Source of the DNA: Callorhinchus milii
Taxonomy: Eukaryota
NCBI RefSeq assembly: GCF_018977255.1
Contig: NW_024704743.1
Span: 104,162,001-104,226,000 of the forward strand
DNA length: 64,000 nt
Direction: 5' to 3'
This document shows positions 38,031 through 49,991 of the stretch, one piece after another; positions within the stretch are counted from its first letter, which is position 1; every line of letters begins with the position of its first letter. Position numbers and translations under genes: made by a program. The notes beneath the pieces are model-generated. The model searched no databases. It saw only the letters and a list, made by a program, of their open reading frames with translations, and was not told the origin of the DNA.

Positions 38031-39092
38031 AAATATACAGTTTTGTTAAAATTTCCTCAGGCAACCATTAATTCAATCGTTACATCTCCCTCCAGATCAA
38101 TTGAAGTCACTGACATGCTGGTGAGGATCTATCATTGTGCTTTGGGCTGCTTATGAAATGAAGCCAGCTGGAAGAATTCATTCAACCCAACCACATTAAC
38201 ACTCATGCCCTCACAAGGTAATGTTGGTACTAACCAATCTTAGTGTTCCTCTGACATCTCAATTGATAATTACATTTTTATGTAGTACTGAGCTGTACAA
38301 ATTAAATTTCTTGCATTTGGAAATTGCATTTGTTGCAAACATAACATTGAAACATCGCCCAGGTAATTGTTATCCAATGTTCTTTACAGTATATTTGCAG
38401 GTAAATGCAGCAGCCAATGTGCACACAACATAATGCCACAAAACCAACCATGAAGGCAATGAAGATCTTATCTGAAGGATTTGTTAGCCTGGACATCGGG
38501 AAAAATTCCCTTCTCATTTCAGATTATAGCACGGGATCCTTAACATCCACCAGAACCAGGTAGATGGAATCTTTGTTCAACGTATATTTGTGGGAGGAAT
38601 ACAGCAGCTAATTGCACGCAGCAATGTCCCATAAACAGTCATGGATTGAGTGACCAATTTATTATATTTTTTAAAAAGGAATTATTACCCCAGAAAAGCA
38701 AATCGCCAATCGACTAACAACTGGGTTCCTACTTACTGCTAAGTAAACAGTATCTGGACCTAACCTCAGAAGAGTACCAACTGAGCCAAAATAAATATTA
38801 TTAAGAATTCTCTGAGTGGGATCTGCACTTTAGTTCACTTTAGCACACAAAAAGGACATGGTTTGAAACTATCTAAAGTCATTCACAAAGGGACCGAATA
38901 GAATCCAAACCAGGTAAGAAACTTAGTATGGGCTTGATGGGAACTAAGATCAAAAAAAGAGCAGAGATTAGGTATTGTAATGTTATCAAAAGATCTCTAA
39001 AGGCAATACTACTCTATATATCCTTGCCTCAATATAAACAGCAGATGATATAAATTCTTTTTTTGAGATCATTTATCTTCCTGTTGTGTACT

Positions 39093-39109
39093 CTCGCCAT
39101 CTAGGGGTG
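39093..39109 (-). promoter_or_regulatory. Candidate CTCF site
   Basis: Reverse strand CACCCCTAGATGGCGAG fits the CCASYAGRKGGCRS core with about two deviations; non-repetitive context. Confidence 0.5.
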
Positions 39110-39267
39110 AAATCCATTGATGCACTACCTTCCAGATAAGTGAAAGTTACCGAATCTCAGATATAAACCTAACTTTGTTGATATATACTTATCACTCCTC
39201 TTTAGAAAAATAGGAGATTTATGCTTTTGAAGGCAAGGGCTGGCAGTCTGTCTCCTCCAGAGCTCTG

Positions 39268-40500
39268 TATTCCCTTTCATCTTTAATCCTTAATTATTAA
39301 TTTTCTGCTTTTGTTCTCCAAATCATTCTCTCTGATCTTTTGTAAGTAATTATTAACCCATGCCCATTTCTGCATTCAAAATATATCCAGCTACAAAATG
39401 CAGCATCACAACACTTGAAAGAAATTCCTGTGAAGCACTTTGAGATCCTCTTCGATATGCAAGACCTTAGCAAAATCAAATGCAAGGATTTTTTTATAAT
39501 AATAATAATAATCCTTGCATTTGATATAGCGCTTTTCACGTCGGGAGGACGTCCCAAAGCGCTTCACAGAACACACTGTAAAGTGAATTGACTGTATATT
39601 TGTGGGCGAACGCGGCAGCCAATTGCGCACAGCAATGTCCCACAAACAGTTGTAGATTGAAAATGACCAATTTTATTATTGTTTTTGGTTTTTTGGAGGG
39701 ATTATTATTAGGCTTGTGGAGTAAGGAAACTTGCCCAAGGTTTCGCCCTGTGCCTGGAATTGAACTCAGGTCTCTCACTTGCAAAGCGAGTGCTCTAACC
39801 ACTCAGCTACAGGACTCCACTTTTATATCTTTGATTCTCTTTTAGGAAACAATTCATGATTAATTAGGGAGTTTGAGTTCCCACCATCTGCCTAGTGAGG
39901 GCTCAAACCCATGCTTATCAGATGTTGAATGACCAACTAGTGACTATCCTCTTTTGAGGGGTGTAAGCAGGATCTCCTTCGAGCTGAACCGGCTCCAAGG
40001 TGACATACCTGGCAATGGATGTCAGAATCGAGCCCTCTATGATGGTCTCAACAGTCCAATTCCAGAGCCAGGCAGGTCTGCAATATTCCAGGGCACTGCT
40101 GATTACAGCACAACCAGCCTGGCTCATCGGCAGAACCTGGAAGGGCAGACCAGTCACTGGAGCCAGGAAGTCATCCCACTCAGCTGCTGTTAACCCTGCA
40201 AGCCAAATCCCTAATGGGTACGGTGGTCCTAGCTGAATAAGCAGTGGGAAAGCTTGTCAGACAACCATATCAACGGCAAGCTTTGTGGTTTTATCTGGTT
40301 AGACTCCAGCCGTACCCCAACAAACACTCCGGGGTCCCCAAATCTTGGCTCTTGCCAACCTGTGCCTAATACTTTCCGGAATCAGGTAAGTAGGATGTGC
40401 CCCTCCAGGGGCAGAGTGCGCTTTTCATTCTAATGATCTATCTCTAGGATTCCCATGTGGGATGCATGGACAACTTGATACTCTTAAGCATGGTGATGGG
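39268..40500 (-). repeat. Right arm of inverted duplication (copy 2), interrupted by a SINE
   Basis: See left arm; ORF-track peptides at 37077..37448(-)/40000..40236(+) and 37177..37398(+)/39918..40157(-) are nearly identical. Confidence 0.92.
39499..39820 (-). mobile_element. Young SINE family A, short subfamily, with target-site duplication
   Basis: TTTTATA at 39492..39498 and 39821..39827; absent from the left arm. Confidence 0.9.
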
Positions 40501-40735
40501 TTTCGGTATGTGTCAGACAACCACCCAGCTGACCAAAAAAAATTGATTAGTTATGCTGCAATACTGTTCAAGAAATCAAGAATCAGTCAACAATTCTCCT
40601 CATTGCCTCATCCACTCAGCCATGACTTGTGAGTTTTGGCAGCAAGTGCTGGAGAGAATACTCAACCTTGGCATCCCCACAGCCGAACCCTGTCCTGCAC
40701 TTAGTTAAAAATAATAATCCATGTATTATGTCATC

Positions 40736-41115
40736 GTGGAGTCTTGTAGCTTGGTGGTTAGAGCACTGACCTTGCAAACAAGAGAATCTGGTTTGATTCC
40801 TGGCAGGGCGAAATCTGGGGCAAGTTTCCTTACTTCACATGACTCTGTTTACCTAGCAGTAAGTAGGAACCCAGTTGTTAGTCGATTGGGGGATAGCTTT
40901 TCCGGGTGGGTGGGGTGGTGTGATAATACCTTCAAAATCAATAAAAACAATATGGTCACTCAATCCACGACTGTTTGGGGGACACTGCTGTGCGGAATTG
41001 GCTGCTGCGTTTTGCCCACAAAATGTGCAGTCAATTAATTTTACCGTGCATTCTGTGAAGCGCTTTGAAACATCTCGAAGACATGATAAGACGCTAAATC
41101 AAATGCAGGGATTAT
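40736..41115 (+). mobile_element. SINE family A, long subfamily
   Basis: Full-length copy. Confidence 0.85.
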
Positions 41116-41984
41116 GACATTATTATCGAGAGTTTCAAAGTGCTTCACCGGAAATACTGTGTATTTGGGGATGAATTAACTGAGTAGTGCTCCATGCAAT
41201 GCATTCAGCCATAGAGCAATTGAGGGAGCCCTACATCTGGCTCCTTTAAAGCAAGAAATGCAATCATCTCAAAATGTGTTAACAAACAAAACTTGTGGTT
41301 TTCTAAATTTATATTTCCTCCATGAGGTTTTACCCATTTCAGACTCATTAAAGTCTGTTCTCACTGCTCACACTTAATGATTTGCCCAGCACAGTATGCA
41401 TCAGAGATGTTTCTGTGGTTACTGTCTGCTGCTCTCTGATCAACAGAGAGGTTTGGAGTTCTGTCCCTTCAGAAGTGTATATTCCCCTTTTCATCTCTAA
41501 TCCTTAATTATTTTGTTGTGCATTCCTCCTGCAACTCATTCTTTGTGGTAACTTGTGCCTCTATTTGTACAATGTGTCAAAAATGTCTCTCTCATACCTT
41601 TTAAGCATGGCTTACCACTAAACTTCGTGTCCTTTTCACTGAATGGAAATTTAATGTAGGTTAACTTAAAGGGGACATGGTGGGTGATTCTTCTGTGTTC
41701 ACAAAGTGTAGCAAATCTTTCGATCTGGACTTTGAATGGGATTTCCCATTATAAGTTGGATGTTTCACTGCACTTTGCTAATGGAGCATTTTATTGAAAA
41801 GCTCCATGGAAACCAACCAGACTTCTTGGGGAATTGCTATTAATAAAAGATAAACTAATATTTACCATACTACGTGCTGTATGTACCTTTTTTCACATGT
41901 TGAATTTGAATGTGTTCTTTTTTTCTTTCCTCTTCTAAAAATAATGAAAGTTGGATGACACCCAACTAGGAACTAGGAGCAGTG

Positions 41985-43188
41985 GCTAAATTTGCAGATT
42001 TCCAAGCTAATGAAGATGGTAGATTGTGAAGCTGAACAAGATAGATTACAGGAGGGTTTAAACATACATGGGAATTGGGCAGATCGGTGGCATATGAAAT
42101 TCACTGTGAAGAAATGCAAAGTACTTCATATGGGGACAAAGAATCCTGGACGGGATTATTATTTGAACAGAAAGAAAATAATATGTATGGAAAATGAAAA
42201 GGGAACCTGAGGGAACTGATTGACAATAAATTGAAGCTCTCTCATCAATGCTTTGTGGCAATGAGTAAAGCAAACCAGAAGTTGGTATGTATCAAAAGAT
42301 CAATAGGAAGCCAAAATACAACAACAACAACTTGGATTTATATAGTGCCCTCCACGCCGGACAGCATCTCAGAGCGCCTTACAGTAACGGATCCTGGGAC
42401 CGAGCCAGGGGGAAGGGGAGGAAGGTGACCAAAGGCGCAGTCGAAAAGAAAGGTCTTCAGCAGAGACCTGAAAATTGAAAGGGAAGGAGCGAGACGAAGG
42501 GAGTGAGGAAGGCAGTTCCAGAGCTTCGGGGCATAGTGGCTGAAGGCATGGCCGCCGAAGGTGGAGCAGAGGGCGAGGAGGAGGCCAGACCCAGAGGAAC
42601 GGAGTGGGATAGTGGGGTAATCCTGCCACTGTACAAATCATTGGTGAGACCATACTTAGAGTACTGTGTACAATTCTGGTCGCCGCAGTATAAAAAGGGT
42701 ATTGGAGAAATCGAGAAGATACAGAAGAGGGCAACCAGAATGATTGAGGGAATGGAAGGACTGGACTATGAGAAGCAACTAAGTAAACTGGGCATGTTCA
42801 CGCTGGAAAAGAGAAGATTGAGAGGCGACATGATTGCTGTCTTTCAGATTCTAAAGGGGAAAGACAATATAGATCATGACAGGCTGTTTCAACTTGTCCA
42901 GAATAATAAAACCAGAGGACTTGGCCTGTGATTGAAGTGGGGTAAATTCAAAATGAATCTATGCAAATATTATTTTAGTGAGCGAATAATGAACCTGTGG
43001 AACAGGCTCCCTTGGGAGACAGTTGAAGCAGGAAGTGTTGATTCTTTCAAACACAAATTTTCTTTTAGGAAATAATGTTATGGGATATAATGCAAAGGTA
43101 GTTTGGGGCATATGTGCATGCGAATGCTAGGAAGGTAGAAGGTGAACTAGATGGACCTTGGTCTTTATTTGTTTAGCATTTCTTATGT
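41985..43188 (+). mobile_element. CR1 LINE 3' part, interrupted by a minus-strand L2 3' fragment (~42319..42600)
   Basis: WADRWHMKFTVKKCKVLH, LYKSLVRPYLEYCVQFWSP and LEKRRLRGDMI motifs; the inserted piece matches 7200..7490 in reverse. Confidence 0.9.
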
Positions 43189-43189
43189 T

Positions 43190-45200
43190 ATCTGCCTCCA
43201 CCTTTGACTCCGGGTTCACTGCTATCCTGATGGAATGTCTGTCAGACATTAAGTCCTGCTTGAGAGCTAACTTTCTACAGTTGAACATCACAACAACAAC
43301 AAAATTACATTTATGGAGCCTTTCACATCGGGAGGACATCCCAAGGGGCTGGACAGTCAGGGGTCAGGATCCGAGCATGGGAGAGGGGTGGGGTAGGGGT
43401 GAGGGAAGGCAGAGTGGTGGGAGGGCGACTGAAGGCATGATCGAAGAGGAGGGTCTTGAGGGCGGCCTTAAAGGAGGCAAGGGAGGAAGTGAGGTGAAGG
43501 GACTGTGGGATGGAGTTCCAGAGTGTGGGGGCAGAGAGGCTGAAAGCCCGGCCACCTATGGTAGGGCGGGTCGGGCGGGAGACATGGAACAGGCTGGTGC
43601 CTGCTGAATAATAATATATAATAATAATAATAATAATAATCCTTGCATTTGATATAGCACTTTTCACGTCAGGAGGTCGTCCCAAAGCGCTTCACAGAAC
43701 ACACTGTAAAGTGAATTGACTGTATATTTGTGGGCGAACGCGGCAGCCAATTGCCCACAGCAATGTCTCACAAACAGTCGTAGATTGAAAATGACCAATT
43801 TATTATTCTTTTTGGTTTTGGAGGGATTATTATTAGGCGTGTGGAGTAAGGAAACATGCCCAAGGTTTCGCCTTGTGCCTGGAATTGAACTCAGGTCTCT
43901 CACTTGCAAAGCGAGTGCTCTAACCACTGAGCTACAGGACTCCACAAATGGAGGGAGTGGGCAGGTTGGTAGGGAATCAGCAGGTCAGAGAGTTAGGAGG
44001 GGGCAAGTCCATGGATGGCCTTGAAAGTGAGGACAAGGATTTTGAACTCGATCCTCTGAGGGATGGGGAACCAGTGGAGTTGCGCGAGGGTGGGAGCGAT
44101 GGAGTCACGGAGCCTGGTGTGCGAGAGTACACAAGCTGAAGAGTTTTGGATGATCTGCAGCCTGTGAAGGGAAGAGTTGAAAAGGCTGATGAGGAGGGAG
44201 TTTCCGTAATTGAGCCTTGATGTGACGAATGTGTGGGTAAGGGTTTCGGCAGCCTGAGGGGTGAGGCAGTGGCGGAGTCTGGCAATGTTGCGGGGGTGGT
44301 GGTAGGCAGTGTTGGTCATGGCGTGGATGTGGGAGAGAAAGAACAGTTCAGGATCAAACAAGACACTCAGGTTCCCAAGTGGCTTAATGAGGTTCTCCTG
44401 ATTGGCTCCCATCAGCGCCTCCTCACCTCAGGCGCTGACAGCATCACCATCCATGGTTGACACTCCATCTTGTTAAGCCAGTCCGGAACCTTGGGGTCTT
44501 GTTTGACCCTCAACTATCCTTTCCACCCCACAACTGCGCCATGACCCACTCTGCCTTCCCCCATCTCTGCAACATCGCCCGGCTCTGCTATTCTCTCACA
44601 CTGCAGGCCGCCAAAACCCTCATACATGCATTCATAACATCCAAGCTTGACTATGCAAACTCCTTGCTTGTCGGCCTCCCCAACTGCTCCCTCCATAGGC
44701 TGCAGATCATCCAGAACTCTGCAGCCCGTGTCCTCTCCCGCACAAGCTCTGGGGGCCTATCATCCCCTTCCTTGCCTAACTCCACTGGCTTCCCATCACA
44801 CAGAGGATACAGTTCACGACCTGGTCCTCACCTTCAAAGCCCTCCATGGTCTCGCTCCCCCTTATCTCTGCGAATTCCTAACCCCTAGCATCCTAGCCTG
44901 CTTCAAATCCCCCGCCTTGCCCGCCCCACCATTGGCGGGTAGACCTTTTGCCACCTGCACTCCACCCTCTGGAACTCCATCCCGCAGTCCCTTCACATCG
45001 CCCCCTCCCTTGCCTCCTTCAAGACTCATCTCAAGACTCTCCTCTTCCACAATGCTTTCAACCACCCACCTTCCCAACCTGCCTTCCACCCTCCCCAATC
45101 ATGACTCCCAGCTCGGGTCCGAAACACTGACTGTCCAGTTTCTTGGGACATTGCCCTGATGTGAAAGGTGCTTTACAAATCTCTTTTTGTTTTTGTTTTG
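43190..45200 (+). mobile_element. L2 LINE split by a nested minus-strand L2 (~43289..44387), itself carrying a SINE (~43607..43945)
   Basis: ...ANFLQLNI (ends ~43288) resumes as EVLLIGSHQR (~44389) and runs to the 3' tail; the minus copy reads across the SINE (cctgctgaa | atggagggag). Confidence 0.85.
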
Positions 45201-45626
45201 TTGGGGTTCAGTTCCATGAATTCCAGCCCGCATTTCCCGCCCGTTCAGTCCAGCTCAGAGCATTTCACTCAAGTGGCTGTTATTCATGTGTGAGCCTTTA
45301 CAGATATCAATTGATAATGACAGTAGATACTTGATAAGATACTTGACTTATCTTTTCTTCCCTAGCCAGAGGTTGTGCCGCTGTGCGTAATAAGTGATGC
45401 CCAAGCAGAGATTAACTAAGCGGTAACTATAAAATGTTTTGGTGTGTGTTTTGGTGTGTGGTTTCCACAACAAAATCATGGCCCACGATTTTCTTACGGC
45501 CTTAACAATCACCACACTTTTTACTGAAATCCTATGAAATGCTTTACTGCTGCGGCTGCTGTTGGTCTGCAGAAGCAGTTGGCTTACAGAAACACTGATC
45601 ATGTTACTGTGCCGTCCCAGATAAAC

Positions 45627-45643
45627 TCCACCAGATGGCAGCA
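45627..45643 (+). promoter_or_regulatory. Candidate CTCF site
   Basis: TCCACCAGATGGCAGCA matches the CTCF core consensus exactly, within ~450 bp of unique CpG-containing sequence. Confidence 0.6.
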
Positions 45644-46249
45644 AATGTTCATTCTGGGATTCGACAAAACAATCTCGTTTACAACACCTTTCACAGAGGG
45701 AAGACTTTCCAAACACATTCACAGCAGCTGCAGCAGCAACGGCAGCAACCAGCTACAGGTGAAGCTGATACGTAAAGTCTCAGTGATCGGCCATGAGACA
45801 AAATAAGAAATAATAATGCTTGCCTTTGATATAGCGCCTCATCACATCTTTGAGACGTCTCAAAGCGTTTCAGGAATGTACTGTAAAGTGAATTGACTAT
45901 ATATTTTGTGGAGCCAATTGCGCACAGCAGTCTCCCACAAGCACCCGTAGATTTAGTAACCAAATTATTATTATTATTTAAAAAAAATTTCATACAACTG
46001 TCCACATGCCCCAGCTGCCTCTTTTACATCCCATCTAATTTGGTCTTTCTGCAACGAACATTAAGCTTTTATTTACTCAAATTGTGCCACAGGATTTTTA
46101 TCATCCATGTGAACAGGCACAGATTGAACGTCAGTTTTATGTTTCATCTGAAGGCCGGCACCTCTGATAATGCTGCCTTCCCACAGCACTGCACTGGAGT
46201 GTCAGCCTGAAGTATGAGCTCAAAGACCCGAAGTGGGGGGGGGGGTCAA

Positions 46250-46645
46250 ACAACAACAACAACAACAAGATTCCATTTATAGAGCGCGTTTCACATCGGG
46301 AGGACGTCCCAAGGCGCTGTACAGTTGGGTAAGGACCCGAGCAGGGGGGAAATGGTCAGGGTGAGGGGAGGGAAGGGAAGGGATAGAGAGTCGAGAGGGG
46401 AGCTGAAGGCACGGTCAAAGAGAAAGGTCTTGAGACCGGCCTTGAAGGAGGAAAGGGAGGAGGCAAGGCTAAGGCACTGAGGAATAGAGTTCCAGAGCCT
46501 AGGGGCTGAGAGGCTGAAGGCCCGGCCACCGATGGTAGGGCGGTTGGGGCGGGGGATGTGGAGCAGACCGGAGCCAGAGGAACGGAGGGTACGGGCAGGT
46601 AGGTAGGGGGATAGTAGGTCGGAGAGGTAGGAGGGAGCAAGGCAA
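46250..46645 (-). mobile_element. Young L2 3' fragment
   Basis: Near-identical to 13570..13970 (LAPSYLS.LLS.YLPARTL.SSGSGLLHIPRPNRPTIGGRAFSLSAPRLWNS). Confidence 0.92.
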
Positions 46646-47189
46646 ACCAACAATCTTCTAAGTTGCTGAACTCAAGAGTGCTGTCCCTGGCTGCTGCTGG
46701 CTGCTTTGCTTGCCTACAAAATAACAATCACTGCTCTTTACAGTGAAATCCTGTGATACGCTGGGCCACTGCTGGGGTTGGGTGGGATTCTGCAAACATA
46801 TCTTTGTGCAGTTACAATTGAAGTCCACAGAGGGCAGCAAATGCTTATTCTGCTGTTACATTTCCAAAGTGTCTTGAACAGAGAGAGAGCTTCACAAACC
46901 CCATTCACAATGCTGGATAAGCACTCAAGCTTCGGGAGCCAAGGGTGTGAGGAGGAGAAAGGTGACTGAAAATACGTTCAAACATGTATGCTTTGAGATG
47001 TGGCTTGGAAGAGGGGATGGAATTCTAAAGAGTGGGCACATAAAGGCTGAAAGCCTGCACACTGATGATGGCGGATAGGACAGAGGTCATGAAGCAGGTT
47101 CGGTGCTCGCTGAGAGAAAGGAGGGGATGGGATGGCAGTTTTCATTAACATTTCAAGCAATGGTGGTTAGATACATTTAATGTATTAGA

Positions 47190-47900
47190 AAATAATCCTT
47201 CCATTTGATATCAGGCTTTATCGTGTAGTCGAAATGTCAAAATGTTTCCCTGTAAAATCTAGTGATTATGTATTTTTGTGGGTAAATGCGGCAGCCAATT
47301 TGCATGCAGCCCAGTATTCCCATGAATGGTTCTGAAGTGAATGACCAATTTTAACGAGGGGTTGTTGGCAAGGACACTTGACGAAACTCCCTTCCCTTTT
47401 CAAATCATACCACTGTATCTTTAACGTCCACCTGAACAGGCACAGATAAGGCCCGTGTTTAATATCTATTCTGCAGCACTGCACCTCTGATATTGCTCTG
47501 TATTGGAGTGTCAGTACAAAGTCTCTATGTGGAGTTTGAACATAGAACCTTCTTGCTCAGAGGCCTCAACGTAAATTTCTATGGTTCAATGATGGCAAGA
47601 GCCAGGCTGACACTGCAGCAAGCAGAAACAGTGTTAAGGATGAAAATAATCTTTTTTTATTGCCTTTTTTTCTCATGCAGGGTCTATCCAAGTCACGTGT
47701 CAGCCTGGCTCAGTTGGTGGCACTCTCGTCTCTGAGTCAGAAAGTTGTGGGTTCAAGCCCCACGCAGGGACATGGAACCCATAATAGCCTTAGCTGAAAT
47801 TTCAGTGCAGTGCTGGGGGGGTGTTATATTGACAAAGGTGCTGTTCTTCAGATGAAGAGTTAAACTGAGGATCTGTATGTTCAGCCTGGCTCAGTTGGAA
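47190..47900. mobile_element. Two SINE family B (DeuSINE-like) copies, head to head (minus ~47190..47560, plus ~47695..47900)
   Basis: Shared head (ctctgagtcagaaagttgtgggttcaagcc) and Deu-like core. Confidence 0.6.
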
Positions 47901-48149
47901 GCGTTCTCGAGGTAGTGGGTTGTGAGAAGAATTCCTTTCACATTGGTACGTTTCAAAGTGCTTCTCAGAATGAGGGGGAGAATGGGGGAGGAGAGGAGAG
48001 AATAGGGAGGAGGGGAGAGAGGGGAATGATGGGAGAGAGAAAAAGGGGCAATAGAGGAGGGAGAAGGATGACAAGGAAGAGAGAGCATTGACAGGGAAGA
48101 GAGAGGGGCGATGGGGGGATAAAAGTGGTGGTGATGGCAGCGGTGACAG

Positions 48150-48765
48150 CACCCACCCAGTGTTTGACTCCTCTACAAACTCTGGGAAGAGCTCACTGAA
48201 GGACTTATAACTGGCTTTGCAGACTGTGTGGTAGAGAAGAGCTTCCCTCCAAAGGAACGGGTCCTTGCAAAACAGGACATGCTTCTTAACGACTGTTCCA
48301 GTTGCACCAGGGCTGCAAGTTGTTGTTCCAGCCTTGAAGATAGAAGATACTTGCACAGTGAGTTCAAGATTCACATGAATTTTGTGGTCTACTGAAGTTG
48401 ATAGTTCATCCAAATCCAATTGAGAGGCCTTCAGCAGCTGCCCTGACCAAACACCCCACACTTTGCAGAACAATGGGAAAATCAGCAGTACAGCTCCGTA
48501 AGGAGGTCAACGTAGAATGCTTCAGGACTGCCATGTTGGAAAGGGAGCTGATGAAAGCTTGGGGGTCACAGGCCTTCCCTCGGACAGACCTTACAGAAGT
48601 CCTCCACCCTTGAACGAAGGACCTCCTGCCAGGGAAGCAGAACCAATGGTTGGTGGGAGGCAGAAGCAATCGGTCAGTGAGCTTCAACTGTGGTGACTAC
48701 TGAAGCCATCTCTGTGCAATGCTCTCAGGAAAGATTCGAACCTGATGAACCAGCTTACTCCAATC
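48150..48765 (-). mobile_element. Possible decayed L1/Tx1-type ORF1 (ZCCHC3-like) fragment
   Basis: Successive minus-strand frames give IRFE...HRDGF, WFCFPGRRSF, KVWGVWSGQ and LLYHTVCKASYKSFSELF, in the order recalled for Tx1 ORF1; frameshifted, zinc knuckles eroded. Confidence 0.35.
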
Positions 48766-49567
48766 CCTCCAAAACAAAATACAATAATGAATTGGTCATT
48801 TTCAATCCACGATTTTGGGACACTGCTGTGGGACACTGCTGTGCGCAATTGGCTGCCGCGTTTCGCCCACAAATATACGGTCAATTCACTTTACAGTCTT
48901 TTCTGTGAAGCGCTTTGAGATGTCGAGAAGACGTGGAAAGCGCTATATCAAATGCAAGGATTATTATTATTATTAAGATTTTCAGATTGAAAACTAGCAT
49001 TTACTACGGCCAACAAAATTCTTGACCGAAAAACATTGTTTTACTCACATACAGCGGTATTTTGTTTCACCCTCTGCTCTGACTTTTATGTGAACTGACT
49101 TTACTTCAGCTGTCATTTTCAATGCAAATGCACTCATTTGGGGAAGTGGACCTTCCCTCCAGCTTTATGTGCATAATTAAACTAAACATAGGTTATTCAA
49201 AAATTGGATCCTACTTTTTTTTGTTACTTTGCACCCACAACTCCATGGTGCCTGGACCTGGAGCTTTGCTGTTGGCAGAGGAGTAATGAATGATATGTTT
49301 GTGTTTTGTGTGAAAAAAGTACAATATATCTTGCTGTGCTATTTATTAGCTGCTTTGAGTAAAAGGCTTTTTGATTTCTGTGTCCATGGTTTCCCCTTAT
49401 CTGTCTTTTATTTAAATTCCATATTCTGTTCAGGATGGCGGATTTTTCTCCCCAAGATTAAGTTAACTGCTGGCACTTGTGGTGCCCTTATACTCTGATG
49501 CCAAATCTGACAATGCAGTGATTCCCCAGTACTGCCTTCACGTGTCAGCAAATAAATATTTTTTGAT

Positions 49568-49697
49568 GTATGACACTTACACATGGAAACTCCCATGTGT
49601 CTGGGAAGGAATACCAATCACCCTGAAAGATGAATTGCTTAATTCATTCCAGAGATTATTAGGTGCAGGTTGGCAAGAGACAAGGTTTGGGGACCCA
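49568..49697 (+). repeat. Copy 4 (fragment) of the unidentified sequence
   Basis: gtatgacacttacac and aggtgcaggttggcaagagacaaggtttggggaccc are reverse complements of segments in 50305..50440 and 40330..40370. Confidence 0.7.
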
Positions 49698-49991
49698 ATC
49701 ATGTCCTTTTTTACATGAAGTCTCTTTTTCCAGTATTTCCTTAACAACTTTGGAACTATTGTGTAAATGCTCCGAACTTCTGTGTTGTAATAAGGTTTTG
49801 AGCAAATACAATGCACAAAGGAAGTCAGAAGCCACAGATGTCCTGCCTGGAAATAATTTAGAAAATGTTTTCAGAAGAGTTAGCAAGATCTAGAGACAGG
49901 TGAGATAAACAATACTGAAGTGTTCAGTTTGGCTTTTAATTTCCAGATAAAAATGATGGTGGGGGTGGAGGGGGTAGGGTGGGAGGAGATG

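Noticed and set aside
36806..40500. Inverted arms as TIRs of an autonomous DNA transposon
   Set aside because: No transposase in the spacer (only L2/SINE debris), no clear outer TSD, and both arms share an internal old SINE remnant. Not fully excluded.
43950..44890. Twin-priming 5' inversion of a single L2
   Set aside because: The two pieces overlap in element coordinates and differ in sequence; nested independent insertion explains them better.
47802..48150. Pro/Ser/Leu-rich C-terminal part of the 223-aa minus ORF
   Set aside because: Reads through a GA-rich low-complexity tract and a SINE.
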